Shown one piece after another: positions 38,094-47,801 of a DNA stretch of 64,000 nt. Origin of the DNA: Desulfobacteraceae bacterium UBA5616 (GTDB lineage: Bacteria; Desulfobacterota; Desulfobacteria; Desulfobacterales; UBA5616). The position numbers and the translations under genes are program-made. Numbering within the stretch: the first letter of the stretch is position 1; every line of letters starts with the position of its first letter. The notes under the pieces were generated by a model. The model searched no databases. It saw only the letters and a list, made by a program, of their open reading frames with translations, and was not told the DNA's origin. Where the stretch lies: contig DIKO01000063.1 in assembly GCA_002423615.1 (NCBI GenBank), positions 34,885-98,884 on the forward strand. The letters are read 5' to 3'.

Positions 38094-38706
38094 AACGCTG
38101 ATCCCTTTTTTTGCCGCATCCCTTCTGCTGGCCCTGGCGCCCGGACCGGACAACCTGTTCGTTCTCACCCAGTCGGCTCTTCGGGGCAAAATCGCCGGTC
38201 TTATGGTCATGCTCGGACTGTGCACGGGGCTCGTCGTGCACAGCACCGCCGTCGCCATGGGGGTGGCGGTGATTTTTCAGACCTCGGCAGCCGCATTTTC
38301 CGCGTTGAAATTCATCGGCGCGGGATACCTCGCCTATCTGGCCTATCAGGCGTTCACCTCCAAAACCGTTTTAATTCAAGGAGAAGCACCGCCCCGAATC
38401 AGCCTTGGAAAACTTTATTTCCGGGGCATCCTCATGAACATCACCAATCCCAAGGTTTCCATTTTTTTTCTGGCATTTCTGCCCCAGTTCGCGGACCCGG
38501 CAAGGGGACGCGTATCCATACAGATTTTTCTGCTGGGCGGGCTGTTCATCCTGGCGACCCTGATGATCTTCAGCAGCATCGCCTTTCTTGCCGGAGCCCT
38601 GGGCCGGCGCCTGAACCGGTCCCCGCGGATCCAGAGCATCATGAATAAAACCGCCGGGACTGTTTTCCTTGGGCTTGCCTTGAAGCTTGCCGTGGCAAAA
38701 CGGTAG
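38080..38706 (+). CDS. LysE/RhtB-family amino-acid exporter
   Basis: 208 aa with 6 TM segments. N-terminal LIPFFAASLLLALAPGPDNLFVLTQS is typical of LysE/RhtB translocators. Confidence 0.88.
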   Translation: MIPIETLIPFFAASLLLALAPGPDNLFVLTQSALRGKIAGLMVMLGLCTGLVVHSTAVAMGVAVIFQTSAAAFSALKFIGAGYLAYLAYQAFTSKTVLIQGEAPPRISLGKLYFRGILMNITNPKVSIFFLAFLPQFADPARGRVSIQIFLLGGLFILATLMIFSSIAFLAGALGRRLNRSPRIQSIMNKTAGTVFLGLALKLAVAKR

Positions 38707-38743
38707 CTCACTCCCATAACGACCACGCCAAAAGGGGTGTCCC

Positions 38744-39163
38744 ATGATCACAAAAATACTCGTTGCATACGATGGTTCCAGTCAAGCCCGGAAGGCTTTC
38801 GATTTCGGGCTGGATCTGGCCGGTAAATATGGCGCGGGAATCACCGTGCTCTCGGTGGCGAACCCGGCGGGACCGCCGGGAGACGTGGATCCGGCGGCGG
38901 TTCTGGACCATGCCGGGGAATACTTTGCCTCTCATTTTAACGAAATGAAAACCCGAGCGGCCGCCATGGGTGTTGGCGCGTCCTTTGAGGCGCGCGTGGG
39001 GCATCCGGCGGAACAGATCGTCAGCCTGGCGGCGGAATGGAAAATAGACGCAATCGTGATGGGGCACCGAGGGGAAAGCCTGCTCCAGAAATGGCTGGTG
39101 GGATCTGTTGCAAAAAGGGTTTTAAGCTACGCCCACTGCACGGTCGTAGTGGTGCGAAATTGA
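38744..39163 (+). CDS. Universal stress protein (UspA family)
   Basis: KILVAYDGSSQARKAF... and the C-terminal ATP-binding motif DAIVMGHRGESLLQKWLVGSVAKRVLSYAHCTVVVV. Confidence 0.9.
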   Translation: MITKILVAYDGSSQARKAFDFGLDLAGKYGAGITVLSVANPAGPPGDVDPAAVLDHAGEYFASHFNEMKTRAAAMGVGASFEARVGHPAEQIVSLAAEWKIDAIVMGHRGESLLQKWLVGSVAKRVLSYAHCTVVVVRN

Positions 39164-39233
39164 AACCGGTCCTTCATGCAACCCCATTTGACAAAAGCGT
39201 GTGTCGGGATGAGGGCGTAAGGTTTGGTGATTG

Positions 39234-39614
39234 ATGGGATTTAAACAATTGCTGCTGGTCATGTGCGGCGGAAGTATCGGCGCGGCCTGCCGTTACGGCG
39301 CGGGATTACTTTCGGTCAGAATGTGGGGAAACCAATTCCCCTGGGGAACCCTCGCGGTGAACCTGACCGGGTGTTTTCTGATCGGGCTCCTTTTCGCCCT
39401 GGCGGACCGCGTACGCCTGTTGACCCCGGACATGCGGCTGCTGCTCATCACCGGGTATCTGGGAGCATTGACGACGTTTTCTTCATTCGCCCTGGAAACC
39501 GTGAACGCCGGCAGAACCGGATTGATGCTCCAGCCCCTGGCGAATATTCTGATCAATAATCTGGGCGGTTTTGCCCTGACCTATATCGGATTGCGGCTGG
39601 GCGGCCTGAAATAG
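39234..39614 (+). CDS. crcB: Fluoride ion channel CrcB/Fluc
   Basis: 126 aa with 4 TM segments. GGSIGAACRY...FPWGTLAVNLTGCFLIG...GYLGALTTFSSFALE are the family-conserved blocks. Confidence 0.92.
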   Translation: MGFKQLLLVMCGGSIGAACRYGAGLLSVRMWGNQFPWGTLAVNLTGCFLIGLLFALADRVRLLTPDMRLLLITGYLGALTTFSSFALETVNAGRTGLMLQPLANILINNLGGFALTYIGLRLGGLK

Positions 39615-39622
39615 GGGGAAAG

Positions 39623-40906
39623 ATGTTAAACTACAAGGCCATCGAGATTCTGACCAGCGAGCAGGCACGCTGGGGAACCAAACCGCTGGTGGACGCCGTT
39701 CTTCAATTTATCCGGGATCTTAAAATTGCAGCCCGCTGCATCGTCACCCGGGGAATCGCCGGGTGTTACGAAAACGGGGAGATGGCCACCGGCCGGTTGG
39801 AGATTCTTTCATACAACATGCCGGTGCGCATCTATATCGTGGCGCCCGCAGCCGATATGGACCGCGTCATCGAAAAACTCTCCGGCATGGTCGAAGACGG
39901 CATCGTGGTCCTGCATGATCTGAATGTAGTCCGCCACCAGGTGAAAAACGCATTTTTTCCCAGGCAGCTCAGGGTTTGCGATGTGATGACGCCCCAGCCT
40001 GAATGGGTTTCGCCGGAGAGCCCTTTGAGCGATGCAGCCGGGTTGCTGCTGTCATCCGTGTTCACGGGTCTGCCGGTGCTGGATGAAAAAAGACGGCCCA
40101 TCGGGGTCATCACCCAGGGGGACTTGATCACCCGGGGCGGACTGCCTCTACGCCTGGGCCTGGTGTCGGAGTCCGGCCAGGACCGGCTGGAATCCGTCCT
40201 GGGTCAACTGGATTCGGTAAAAGTATCCGAAGCCATGACATCCCCGGCCATTATCATAGCGGAGGACCGGCCCCTGGCGGAAGCCGTTGACCTGATGCTC
40301 GCCAGGGACGTCAAACGCCTTCCGGTGGTTGACGGCGAAGGACGGCTTACGGGAATTCTCTCGCGTCTGGATATTTTCAGGACGGTCATGCGCGAGGCTC
40401 CGGACTGGATGGCTTTTACGGCCCAAAAAATTGAAGTGGGGCACCTGAAACGCGTGGGAGACATCCTGCGCCGGGACGCGCATGCCGTAACTCCCGAAAC
40501 CCCTGTGGATGAAGTCATCAGGATTATAGACGACAACGACATCCAGCGGGTGGCGGTAGTGGATCACCAGGGAAAATTGCTGGGGCTGATATCGGACCGG
40601 GATCTGTTGCGTTATTTCAAGGCGGAACCCGAGGGCATCTGGAGGCTCCTGTCCAAGGTGAGGCAGCCTTTCCGGAAAAGCACCGGCAAGAACGGTCCGC
40701 GGCAGGAGCTGTCCGAAACCACCGCCGCAATGGTGATGACGACCCGTTTGATTACGGTCCAAGAAGAGATGTTGATTGAAGAGGCCATTGGATTGATGGC
40801 TGAAAAAGCCCTCAAACGATTGCCGGTGGTTGATGAAGAAGGTCGTTTCAAGGGCATGATCAGCCGGGACTCCCTGCTGCGCACCGGTTTTGCCGGATCC
40901 GTTTGA
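39623..40906 (+). CDS. DUF190 (PII-like, UPF0166) domain fused to four CBS domains
   Basis: The N-terminal ~105 aa matches the DUF190 pattern (...GTKPLVDAVLQFIRDLKIAARCIVTRGIAGCYENGE...MPVRIYIVAPAADMDRVIEKL). Four CBS repeats follow (VCDVMTP..., VSEAMTSP..., VGDILRRD..., AAMVMTTR...). Starts 8 nt after crcB. Confidence 0.85.
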   Translation: MLNYKAIEILTSEQARWGTKPLVDAVLQFIRDLKIAARCIVTRGIAGCYENGEMATGRLEILSYNMPVRIYIVAPAADMDRVIEKLSGMVEDGIVVLHDLNVVRHQVKNAFFPRQLRVCDVMTPQPEWVSPESPLSDAAGLLLSSVFTGLPVLDEKRRPIGVITQGDLITRGGLPLRLGLVSESGQDRLESVLGQLDSVKVSEAMTSPAIIIAEDRPLAEAVDLMLARDVKRLPVVDGEGRLTGILSRLDIFRTVMREAPDWMAFTAQKIEVGHLKRVGDILRRDAHAVTPETPVDEVIRIIDDNDIQRVAVVDHQGKLLGLISDRDLLRYFKAEPEGIWRLLSKVRQPFRKSTGKNGPRQELSETTAAMVMTTRLITVQEEMLIEEAIGLMAEKALKRLPVVDEEGRFKGMISRDSLLRTGFAGSV

Positions 40907-41067
40907 AGGCTGGAAGGTTCAAGACAAGCCGCCGTCGGCGATGTTCTCTTATAGATATTGACAAAAATATTGGGCTCACCTAAAAATCCGCCGAAAAGTT
41001 CGGTTCTCAACCAGGGCAAGGTCTAAAATCTCCCGGATCTTCAGGACCGGTGTGAGGTCAAACCGCC

Positions 41068-42117
41068 ATGTTTATAAATTCATTTAATTATTTCAGGGGA
41101 ATCGCCATTGTCTTCATCGTTGCGGCGCATTGCTACGAAATTTCAGGATGGTGGATCAATACTTTCCCGGAAAAAGTATTCTGCGCCCTGATCACCGGGG
41201 GGACCGCCCTTTTCGTCTTCATATCGGGGTTTTTGTTTCACCACGTTTTTTATAAAAAATTCAATTACAAAAATTTCATCGCCAAAAAATTCAAGAATGT
41301 TTACAGCCCGTACCTGATTCTTTCCTCGGTTCCCCTGGTGCTTTACGTCTTTGTCTGGCGAAGCGGGCCTTTCGGCGAGTATTTTTTCAATCTCCACGGA
41401 AATTTTTATCTCGAGTACATCCGCCCCTTTTTCTTATACCTCTGGACTGGAGGCACCCTTACCGCCTACTGGTACATCACTTTCATCATGGTGGTGTTTC
41501 TCGCATCCCCCGTGTTCGTCAAATTCATTCAACTTCCCCGCAGCATACAGGTCTTCGGTATCCTGGCAACCCTGGCCGTGGCCATGGTCATTCACCGCCC
41601 GGTTTTTAATTTCAGTGTTTTTCAGAGCGTATTTTACTACCTGCCGGTTTACCTCTTCGGCATTTTTTCTTCCATGAACCGGAATTTCATTTATACCCGG
41701 CTGGCCGGCAAGGAAATCCATTTATTCATTCCCATCCTCATCCTGGCCATCGCCCAGGTCGCGTTTTTCAACAACTGGGGCAATTTTCACAAACCCCCTT
41801 TCGTCATTACCGTCCCCGATATCAACATTGTCCAGAAAATGATCATGTGCATTTTTTTCATGGTGGTTCTGCAAAGGCTGGAAAACAGGCATGTATATCT
41901 TCTGAATGAAACGGCTTCAGCGAGCTTTGCCATATTTTTCATCCATCCCATCGTTTTAGAAATCCTGCTCAGACGCCATTTCGTGGCCCCCACAAAGACT
42001 CTGGGCATCCTTTCATGGGCCATTACGGTGTGTTGCCTGACCGGTGTCTCCTATATCATCGCAAGAATTTTTAAACGTCTGCTCGGGGATAAAAGCCGTC
42101 TTTTCATCGGCTGGTAG
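41068..42117 (+). CDS. Membrane acyltransferase (acyltransferase_3 family)
   Basis: 349 aa with about 10 TM segments. N-terminal FNYFRGIAIVFIVAAHC is typical of acyltransferase-3/OafA-like proteins. Visibly lower GC than its neighbours. Confidence 0.75.
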   Translation: MFINSFNYFRGIAIVFIVAAHCYEISGWWINTFPEKVFCALITGGTALFVFISGFLFHHVFYKKFNYKNFIAKKFKNVYSPYLILSSVPLVLYVFVWRSGPFGEYFFNLHGNFYLEYIRPFFLYLWTGGTLTAYWYITFIMVVFLASPVFVKFIQLPRSIQVFGILATLAVAMVIHRPVFNFSVFQSVFYYLPVYLFGIFSSMNRNFIYTRLAGKEIHLFIPILILAIAQVAFFNNWGNFHKPPFVITVPDINIVQKMIMCIFFMVVLQRLENRHVYLLNETASASFAIFFIHPIVLEILLRRHFVAPTKTLGILSWAITVCCLTGVSYIIARIFKRLLGDKSRLFIGW

Positions 42118-42187
42118 GCGGGGCCCAAAGCCATGAAAAATTCTCATCGGCCTTGAAGCCCCGATATCTGAAGGTAAGGCCCTGATG

Positions 42188-43912
42188 TTATTTATACCCC
42201 TCGGGGGCGAATTCAGGATCACTCATTAAAATCATCCCGATGCCGCCCTGAATATTCAGGGTCTGGGCATTGATCCCCTTCTGCCGCAGCAGCAGTTGGG
42301 ACTCGTAGGACCTGGGGCCGGAACCGCAAACCAGGAAAAGGGGCTCATCGCCCGGCACTTCATCCAGACGGGCGGAAAGCTCCTCCTGGTTGATGTTCAG
42401 CCACCGGTCCGGGTATTTCTCCACAAAAGGTCCGGCCTGAACCGGGCTCCTCACATCGAGGACCCGTTTTCGACCGGATTTGAACCGTTCCAGAAAATCG
42501 ATCACGTCGATGGTTTCATGCCTTCCCGAAATGATGTTGTCCAGAGAATTGGCGGCATTGTTGACGATATCCATGGCGGATGCAAAGGGCGGAGCATAGG
42601 CGACTTCCAGGTTGGAGATGTCGTTCACGTCGGCTTTTAACGGAAGCATCACCGCCACGGCATCCACTCTGGCCTTCACCGCGTCCCCCTGCCAGCCCGC
42701 CGCTTCGATTCCCAGGACCCTGCGGGTCCTGCGGTCTGCGATGAGTTTGACGTACATCAACTTCATGGTGGGATAAAAATGGGCCCGGTCCGCCTGGACG
42801 ACTGTGGCATGAACCGCATCAAATCCGGTTTCCAGGGCCTGTTTTTCGGTCAATCCGGCCCGGGCCACGGTAAGATCGAAAATTTTCACGCAAAAAGTCC
42901 CCACGGTTCCTGCAAAGCGCTCATGTCCTCCCGCCAGATTGGTCCCGATCACCCTGCCCTGGCGGTTGGCAAGGGACCCCAGGGGCATGGGTATATATTC
43001 ACCACTGACCAGGTGAAGTATTTCGACACAGTCCCCCCCGGCGAAGATGTCGGGATCGGAGGTTCGCATCCGCTGGTCCACCAGGATGCCGCCGGAACGG
43101 CCGACGGCAAGGCCCGCATCCCCGGCGAGATCCGTATAGGGTTTGACCCCCACGGCAAGGACCACCAGATCACAGGGAATTTCCCTCTGGTCCGTAACGA
43201 TGGCCCGAATGCCGTCGGTTTCATTTCCCAGGATTTCCATCACCCTTTCCCTGAGAAGGACCCGGACTCCCTTTCCCTCCATTTGATTCTTCATCACCAG
43301 GGCCATGTCTCTGCCGAAAGCCGTGGGAACCAGTTGATCCATCATCTCAACCAGGGTGGTCTCAATTCCCCAGAGGTCCGTCAGAGCCTCGGCCATTTCC
43401 AATCCAATGGCCCCCCCGCCGATGACTACGGCGTTTTCAACCAGTCCCCTGGAAATCCGGTCTTTAATGGCCTTCGCGTCATGGAGGGAGGACACGACAA
43501 AAACCCCGGGAAGTTTCGTTCCGGGGATGGGAGGTATAACCGGCCGGGCACCCGTGGCCAGGACCAGTTTGTCATAGGGCAAATCCTCCTCCATTCCCGT
43601 CTCCAGGTCCCGGATCCTTATGGCTTTCCCTTTTCGGTCGATGGAGATGGCTTCCGTTCGAATTTTGACCCGGACCCCCTTTACGTTCTCAAAATATTTC
43701 GCATCTCTGGGAACATGGGCGCTGGTGGAATACAATCCCTCAAGTTCCGTCACATCCCCGCCTACGTAATAGGGGATGCCGCATCCTCCATAGGAAATAT
43801 ATCGATCCTTATCGATGAGCGTCACCTCGGCTTCCGGATCCAGCCGTTTGAGACGGCAGGCCACTTTCGGGCCAAGGGCGACAGCGCCGACAACAACAAC
43901 TTTTTGGTTCAT
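42188..43912 (-). CDS. CoA-disulfide reductase-family flavoprotein with C-terminal rhodanese domain (persulfide/polysulfide reductase-like)
   Basis: FAD motif VVVVGAVALGPK, redox Cys ISYGGCGIPYY, NAD(P) motif VIGGGAIGLEMAE, C-terminal rhodanese with active-site loop LVCGSGPRS. Confidence 0.88.
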   Translation of the reverse strand: MNQKVVVVGAVALGPKVACRLKRLDPEAEVTLIDKDRYISYGGCGIPYYVGGDVTELEGLYSTSAHVPRDAKYFENVKGVRVKIRTEAISIDRKGKAIRIRDLETGMEEDLPYDKLVLATGARPVIPPIPGTKLPGVFVVSSLHDAKAIKDRISRGLVENAVVIGGGAIGLEMAEALTDLWGIETTLVEMMDQLVPTAFGRDMALVMKNQMEGKGVRVLLRERVMEILGNETDGIRAIVTDQREIPCDLVVLAVGVKPYTDLAGDAGLAVGRSGGILVDQRMRTSDPDIFAGGDCVEILHLVSGEYIPMPLGSLANRQGRVIGTNLAGGHERFAGTVGTFCVKIFDLTVARAGLTEKQALETGFDAVHATVVQADRAHFYPTMKLMYVKLIADRRTRRVLGIEAAGWQGDAVKARVDAVAVMLPLKADVNDISNLEVAYAPPFASAMDIVNNAANSLDNIISGRHETIDVIDFLERFKSGRKRVLDVRSPVQAGPFVEKYPDRWLNINQEELSARLDEVPGDEPLFLVCGSGPRSYESQLLLRQKGINAQTLNIQGGIGMILMSDPEFAPEGYK

Positions 43913-44132
43913 GCTCCTTCTCCTGTTTTATTAATAAATTCAAACATATATTTCTTAATTTCTCAAAATAAACAGATCTGATTGTATCAGCATGGTCTTA
44001 TTTTTTCGCTGCGGTTTTGTCAAACCTTTAATCGGCGATCCAAGGATTTTCGGTAAAAGCGATTTTCAATGCAGGCAAAAAAAGGGGAAAAGTTTTTCAG
44101 GGTAATACAGGTTGGCCATCCAACCCATTTTA

Positions 44133-44900
44133 TTAAAGGCCTTCCGCAATCAACCGCAGCCCCTCCAGGGTCAAATCCGGTTCCAGGTATTCGATGGTTT
44201 CCGAGACTTTGTACATCAGCGAAGAAAGGCCTCCGGTGGCGATGACCCTGGGGTTGGCCGCCATTTCTTTTTTTATTCTCTGGACCATACCGTCCACCAG
44301 ACCGGCGTAACCGAAGATGATTCCCGATTGAATGCTGCCGAGGGTGTCCCTTCCGATGGCTGTTTCCGGAGGCGTGAAAAGTTCGACCCGGGGCAGTTTG
44401 GAGGCTCTTACGTACAGGGCTTCGGCCGAGATATTGATTCCCGGGCTGATGGCCCCGCCCAGGTACTCCCCCTTTTCGGTTACGGCGTCAAATGTGGTTG
44501 CCGTGCCGAAATCAATAACGATCAAGCTCGTTTTGTATTTGGCATAGGCGGCCAGGGCGTTAACGATCCGGTCCGCCCCGACGGCAGCGGGATTGGCGTA
44601 AAGAACGGGCATCCGGTGCGCAACGGACTTTGCATTCACCCAGTGGGGCTCCCGTCCAATGTACTTCCGGCAGAAGGCATCCAACAGGCGTGTCATCGGA
44701 GGAACAACGGATGAAATAATCGTTTTTTCCAGGCAGTTCGGGTCGAGTTGGATCCGGGAAAACATATTGAGCGCAAACACGGCGAATTCATCTTCGGTCA
44801 TGGCGCTGTCCGTATGAATCCGCCAGTCCCCGACCAGTTTCTCCCCGTCGAATACGCCCAACACAATATTGGTATTGCCGACGTCAATAACCAGCAGCAT
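44133..44900 (-). CDS. coaX: Type III pantothenate kinase
   Basis: MLLVIDVGNTNIVLGVF..., GADR, IVIDFGTATTFD, VIATGG. Start chosen at 44900 (AAGGAG 9 nt upstream). The ORF track extends to 44936. Confidence 0.92.
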   Translation of the reverse strand: MLLVIDVGNTNIVLGVFDGEKLVGDWRIHTDSAMTEDEFAVFALNMFSRIQLDPNCLEKTIISSVVPPMTRLLDAFCRKYIGREPHWVNAKSVAHRMPVLYANPAAVGADRIVNALAAYAKYKTSLIVIDFGTATTFDAVTEKGEYLGGAISPGINISAEALYVRASKLPRVELFTPPETAIGRDTLGSIQSGIIFGYAGLVDGMVQRIKKEMAANPRVIATGGLSSLMYKVSETIEYLEPDLTLEGLRLIAEGL

Positions 44901-45786
44901 CCTCTTCATCTCCTTCTGCGGCATGTATAACGGCATCGATGATTTTTAGCGTCGCCACGGTGTTCTCCACGTTATGCACCCGGATGATATGGGCGCCGTT
45001 CATGGCGGCAGCGGCAGCCGCCGCTTGGGAGCCGGTCTCTACGAGATGCCCTTTGGGGTCGGGTGTTTCACCGCTGTCATCTTTTAAAAGACTGCGGATG
45101 AATGCCTTCCGGGAAGCGCCGACCAGGAGGGGCGCATTCAGGGTTTTAAATGCTTCCAGATTTTTCAACAGAATCAGGTTGTGTTGAAAGGTCTTGCCGA
45201 ATCCGATGCCCGGATCCAGGATGACCCGGGAAGGATCAACACCGTTTTGGACGGCATTTTCCATGGCCTCCTGTAAAAATCCCATTACTTCAGCCAGAAG
45301 ATCTTCATAAACCGGATTTTCCTGCATGTCTTTGGGCCGGCCCTTCATGTGCATCAGGATCACCGGCGCATGATACCTTGCGGCGACCTTCACCATGAGG
45401 GGATCGAATCTCAAGGCGCTGATGTCGTTTATAATGGAAGCACCGGCTTCCAAGGCCTTTTCGGCTACAACCGACTTGGTGGTATCCACGGAAATGGGAA
45501 TGGGGATTTTTTGGGCCAGGGACTCGATCACCGGGATAACCCGCCGGATTTCCTCGTCCAGGGTCACATCTTTCGATGAAGGCCGGGTAGACTCGCCTCC
45601 GATATCGATAATATCGGCACCGGCCTGATACAACTTGATTCCCCGGCTGACGGCATGGCCGTGGGAAAGAAAATCTCCCCCATCGGAAAATGAGTCCGGG
45701 GTGACATTGACGATGCCCATGACGCGGGTCTTTTTCCCCAGCGTCAGGACATTCGACCCCCATCTGATGTTATATATTTTCGACAT
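44884..45786 (-). CDS. folP: Dihydropteroate synthase
   Basis: VMGIVNVTPDSFSDGG, DIGGESTRP, SVDT, INDISALR, ILMHM, DPGIGFGK. Confidence 0.95.
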   Translation of the reverse strand: MSKIYNIRWGSNVLTLGKKTRVMGIVNVTPDSFSDGGDFLSHGHAVSRGIKLYQAGADIIDIGGESTRPSSKDVTLDEEIRRVIPVIESLAQKIPIPISVDTTKSVVAEKALEAGASIINDISALRFDPLMVKVAARYHAPVILMHMKGRPKDMQENPVYEDLLAEVMGFLQEAMENAVQNGVDPSRVILDPGIGFGKTFQHNLILLKNLEAFKTLNAPLLVGASRKAFIRSLLKDDSGETPDPKGHLVETGSQAAAAAAAMNGAHIIRVHNVENTVATLKIIDAVIHAAEGDEEDAAGY

Positions 45787-45794
45787 TCGTTCTG

Positions 45795-47693
45795 TTATTC
45801 CATCGCAGCAGAAGGATCCGTTCCGGCTGAAGCCGGAGGTTCCGGTTGAGAATTTTCATCCGCCTTTTTATCATCTTCTATTTTATGCGAAAGCAATTCT
45901 ATTCCCGGTCGCAGAGCGTAAATCAGGTCGTCAAGCTCCTTCCCCATGACGGTTTCCTTTTCCAGAAGCAGTTCGGAAAGCTTATGGAGAATGTCTTCGT
46001 TTTCCTTTAAAAGGGTTTCGGCGCGGGCATAGCTTTGATTGATCAGGCGGTTGATCTCCTCATCGATCTTTTTTGCGGTTTCCTCTGAATAATCTCTGTG
46101 CTGACTGATTTCGCGGCCGAGGAAAATCTGCTCCTCATGCTGTTCATAGGCCAGAGGCCCCAGGGCATCGCTCATTCCCCAGGATCGGATCATTTTCTGA
46201 GCCAGTTCCGTCGCCTGCTTGATGTCGTTGGACGCACCGGTGCTGATGCGACCGAATACCAGGCGCTCCGCGGCCCGGCCCCCGAAGGCGATGGCCAGTT
46301 CACTCTCCAGTTGATCCTTGTATTTAAAATCCCTTTCTTCCGGAAGGAACCAGGTCACCCCGGCGGCCCGGCCCCTGGGAATGATGGTGATCTTGTTCAC
46401 CGCATCGGTGTTGGGCAGAAAACGGGCAACCAGCGCATGCCCTGCTTCGTGGTAGGCTGTTGTCCGCTTGTCTTCCTCTTTCATGACCTTTGATTTTCGC
46501 TCAAGACCCATATAGACTTTGTCTTTGGCGTCCTCAAAATCCATCGCCCCCACTTTTTCCTTGTTCCGCTTGGCCCCCAGCAACGCCGCCTCATTCACCA
46601 GATTCTCAAGATCGGCGCCGGAGAACCCGGGGGTTCCCTTTGCCAAAGCCCTGACGTTTACGTCGTCGGCAATCGGAGTTTTTCTCATATGCACCTTCAG
46701 GATTTTTTCCCTGCCCGCGATATCCGGAAGCGGAACAACCACCTGGCGATCAAACCGCCCCGGCCGCAGCAACGCAGGATCAAGCACATCAGGCCTGTTG
46801 GTGGCGGATATCAGGATAACTCCCTCGTTGGATTCAAATCCGTCCATTTCCACAAGCAGCTGGTTCAGGGTCTGTTCACGCTCATCATGCCCTCCCCCCA
46901 GTCCGGCGCCCCGATGCCTTCCCACGGCGTCGATTTCATCAATGAAAATTATGCAGGGCGCGTGTTTTTTTCCCTGGACAAAAAGGTCTCTGACCCGGGA
47001 AGCACCCACGCCCACAAACATTTCAACAAAATCGGATCCACTGATACTGAAAAAGGGAACTCCGGCCTCACCCGCAATGGCCCTGGCCAGCAGGGTTTTG
47101 CCGGATCCCGGAGGCCCCATGAGCAAAACCCCCTTGGGAATCCTGCCTCCCAGCCGAGTGAACTTTTTCGGTTCCCTCAGGAATTCGACGATTTCACCCA
47201 GTTCCTCCTTAGCCTCATCGATTCCGGCCACATCCTCGAAAGTCACTTTTTCCTGCTGGTCCGACAGGAGACGCGCTCTGCTTTTGCCGAAAGACATGGC
47301 CTTGCCGCCGCCGGACTGCATCTGCCTCATGAAAAAAACCCACACGCCGATAAGGACAATCATGGGGAACCAGGAAACCAGAACGGAAATATACCAGGGA
47401 GATTCCGCGGGCGGCTTGGCGGAAATGACAACGCCTTTCCCCCTTAGTATTTTTATGATCTCAGGGTCTTCCGGAGCATACACTTTAAACCGGTTGCTTT
47501 TGACATCAGTGACAAGCAGTTCCTGCCCCTGGATCAGGACTTCAGCAACCGACCCCCCGTCCACCATGGAAAGAAATTGGCTGTAGCTGATGGTGGACTC
47601 CCCTATGCGCTGCTGGTTGAAGAGATTGTACAGCATGATCATCATGACGGTAATCACCAGCCACAGGGCCAGATTTTTGTAAAAGGGATTCAA
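45795..47693 (-). CDS. ftsH: ATP-dependent zinc metalloprotease FtsH
   Basis: Two N-terminal TM segments, AAA Walker [21 protein letters not shown] region, zinc motif HEAGHAL. TTG start 6 nt after GAGGAGG. Confidence 0.97.
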   Translation of the reverse strand: MNPFYKNLALWLVITVMMIMLYNLFNQQRIGESTISYSQFLSMVDGGSVAEVLIQGQELLVTDVKSNRFKVYAPEDPEIIKILRGKGVVISAKPPAESPWYISVLVSWFPMIVLIGVWVFFMRQMQSGGGKAMSFGKSRARLLSDQQEKVTFEDVAGIDEAKEELGEIVEFLREPKKFTRLGGRIPKGVLLMGPPGSGKTLLARAIAGEAGVPFFSISGSDFVEMFVGVGASRVRDLFVQGKKHAPCIIFIDEIDAVGRHRGAGLGGGHDEREQTLNQLLVEMDGFESNEGVILISATNRPDVLDPALLRPGRFDRQVVVPLPDIAGREKILKVHMRKTPIADDVNVRALAKGTPGFSGADLENLVNEAALLGAKRNKEKVGAMDFEDAKDKVYMGLERKSKVMKEEDKRTTAYHEAGHALVARFLPNTDAVNKITIIPRGRAAGVTWFLPEERDFKYKDQLESELAIAFGGRAAERLVFGRISTGASNDIKQATELAQKMIRSWGMSDALGPLAYEQHEEQIFLGREISQHRDYSEETAKKIDEEINRLINQSYARAETLLKENEDILHKLSELLLEKETVMGKELDDLIYALRPGIELLSHKIEDDKKADENSQPEPPASAGTDPSAAME

Positions 47694-47801
47694 AGAAATA
47701 CCTCCTCGATAAGTTGTTCCGGAAGAGCCGTCCTCCGGAAAATGTTGCTCCAGGTCACATTTAAATACGGGTCTGACGCCGCCGAATCCGCAAATCTTAC
47801 T

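Noticed and set aside
39164-39233. Looked for a fluoride (crcB-motif) riboswitch upstream of crcB.
   Set aside because: The conserved core elements as I remember them (GGCGAUGG.GUUC, AAACGC, CUAAUGA..CCUAC) are not present, and the spacer is only 70 nt. This needs cmsearch to be definitive.
42779-43981. 400-aa plus-strand ORF antisense to the CoADR/rhodanese gene.
   Set aside because: The translation is low-complexity and Gly/Pro/His/Arg/Asp-rich with no recognisable motifs. The opposite strand encodes a protein with complete FAD/NAD/rhodanese motifs. Long stop-free antisense frames are expected in GC-biased coding DNA.
46519-47586. 355-aa and 252-aa plus-strand ORFs antisense to ftsH.
   Set aside because: Ser/Pro/Arg-rich nonsense translations. 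ftsH on the minus strand is unambiguous (Walker motifs, HEAGH). This is an antisense frame artefact.
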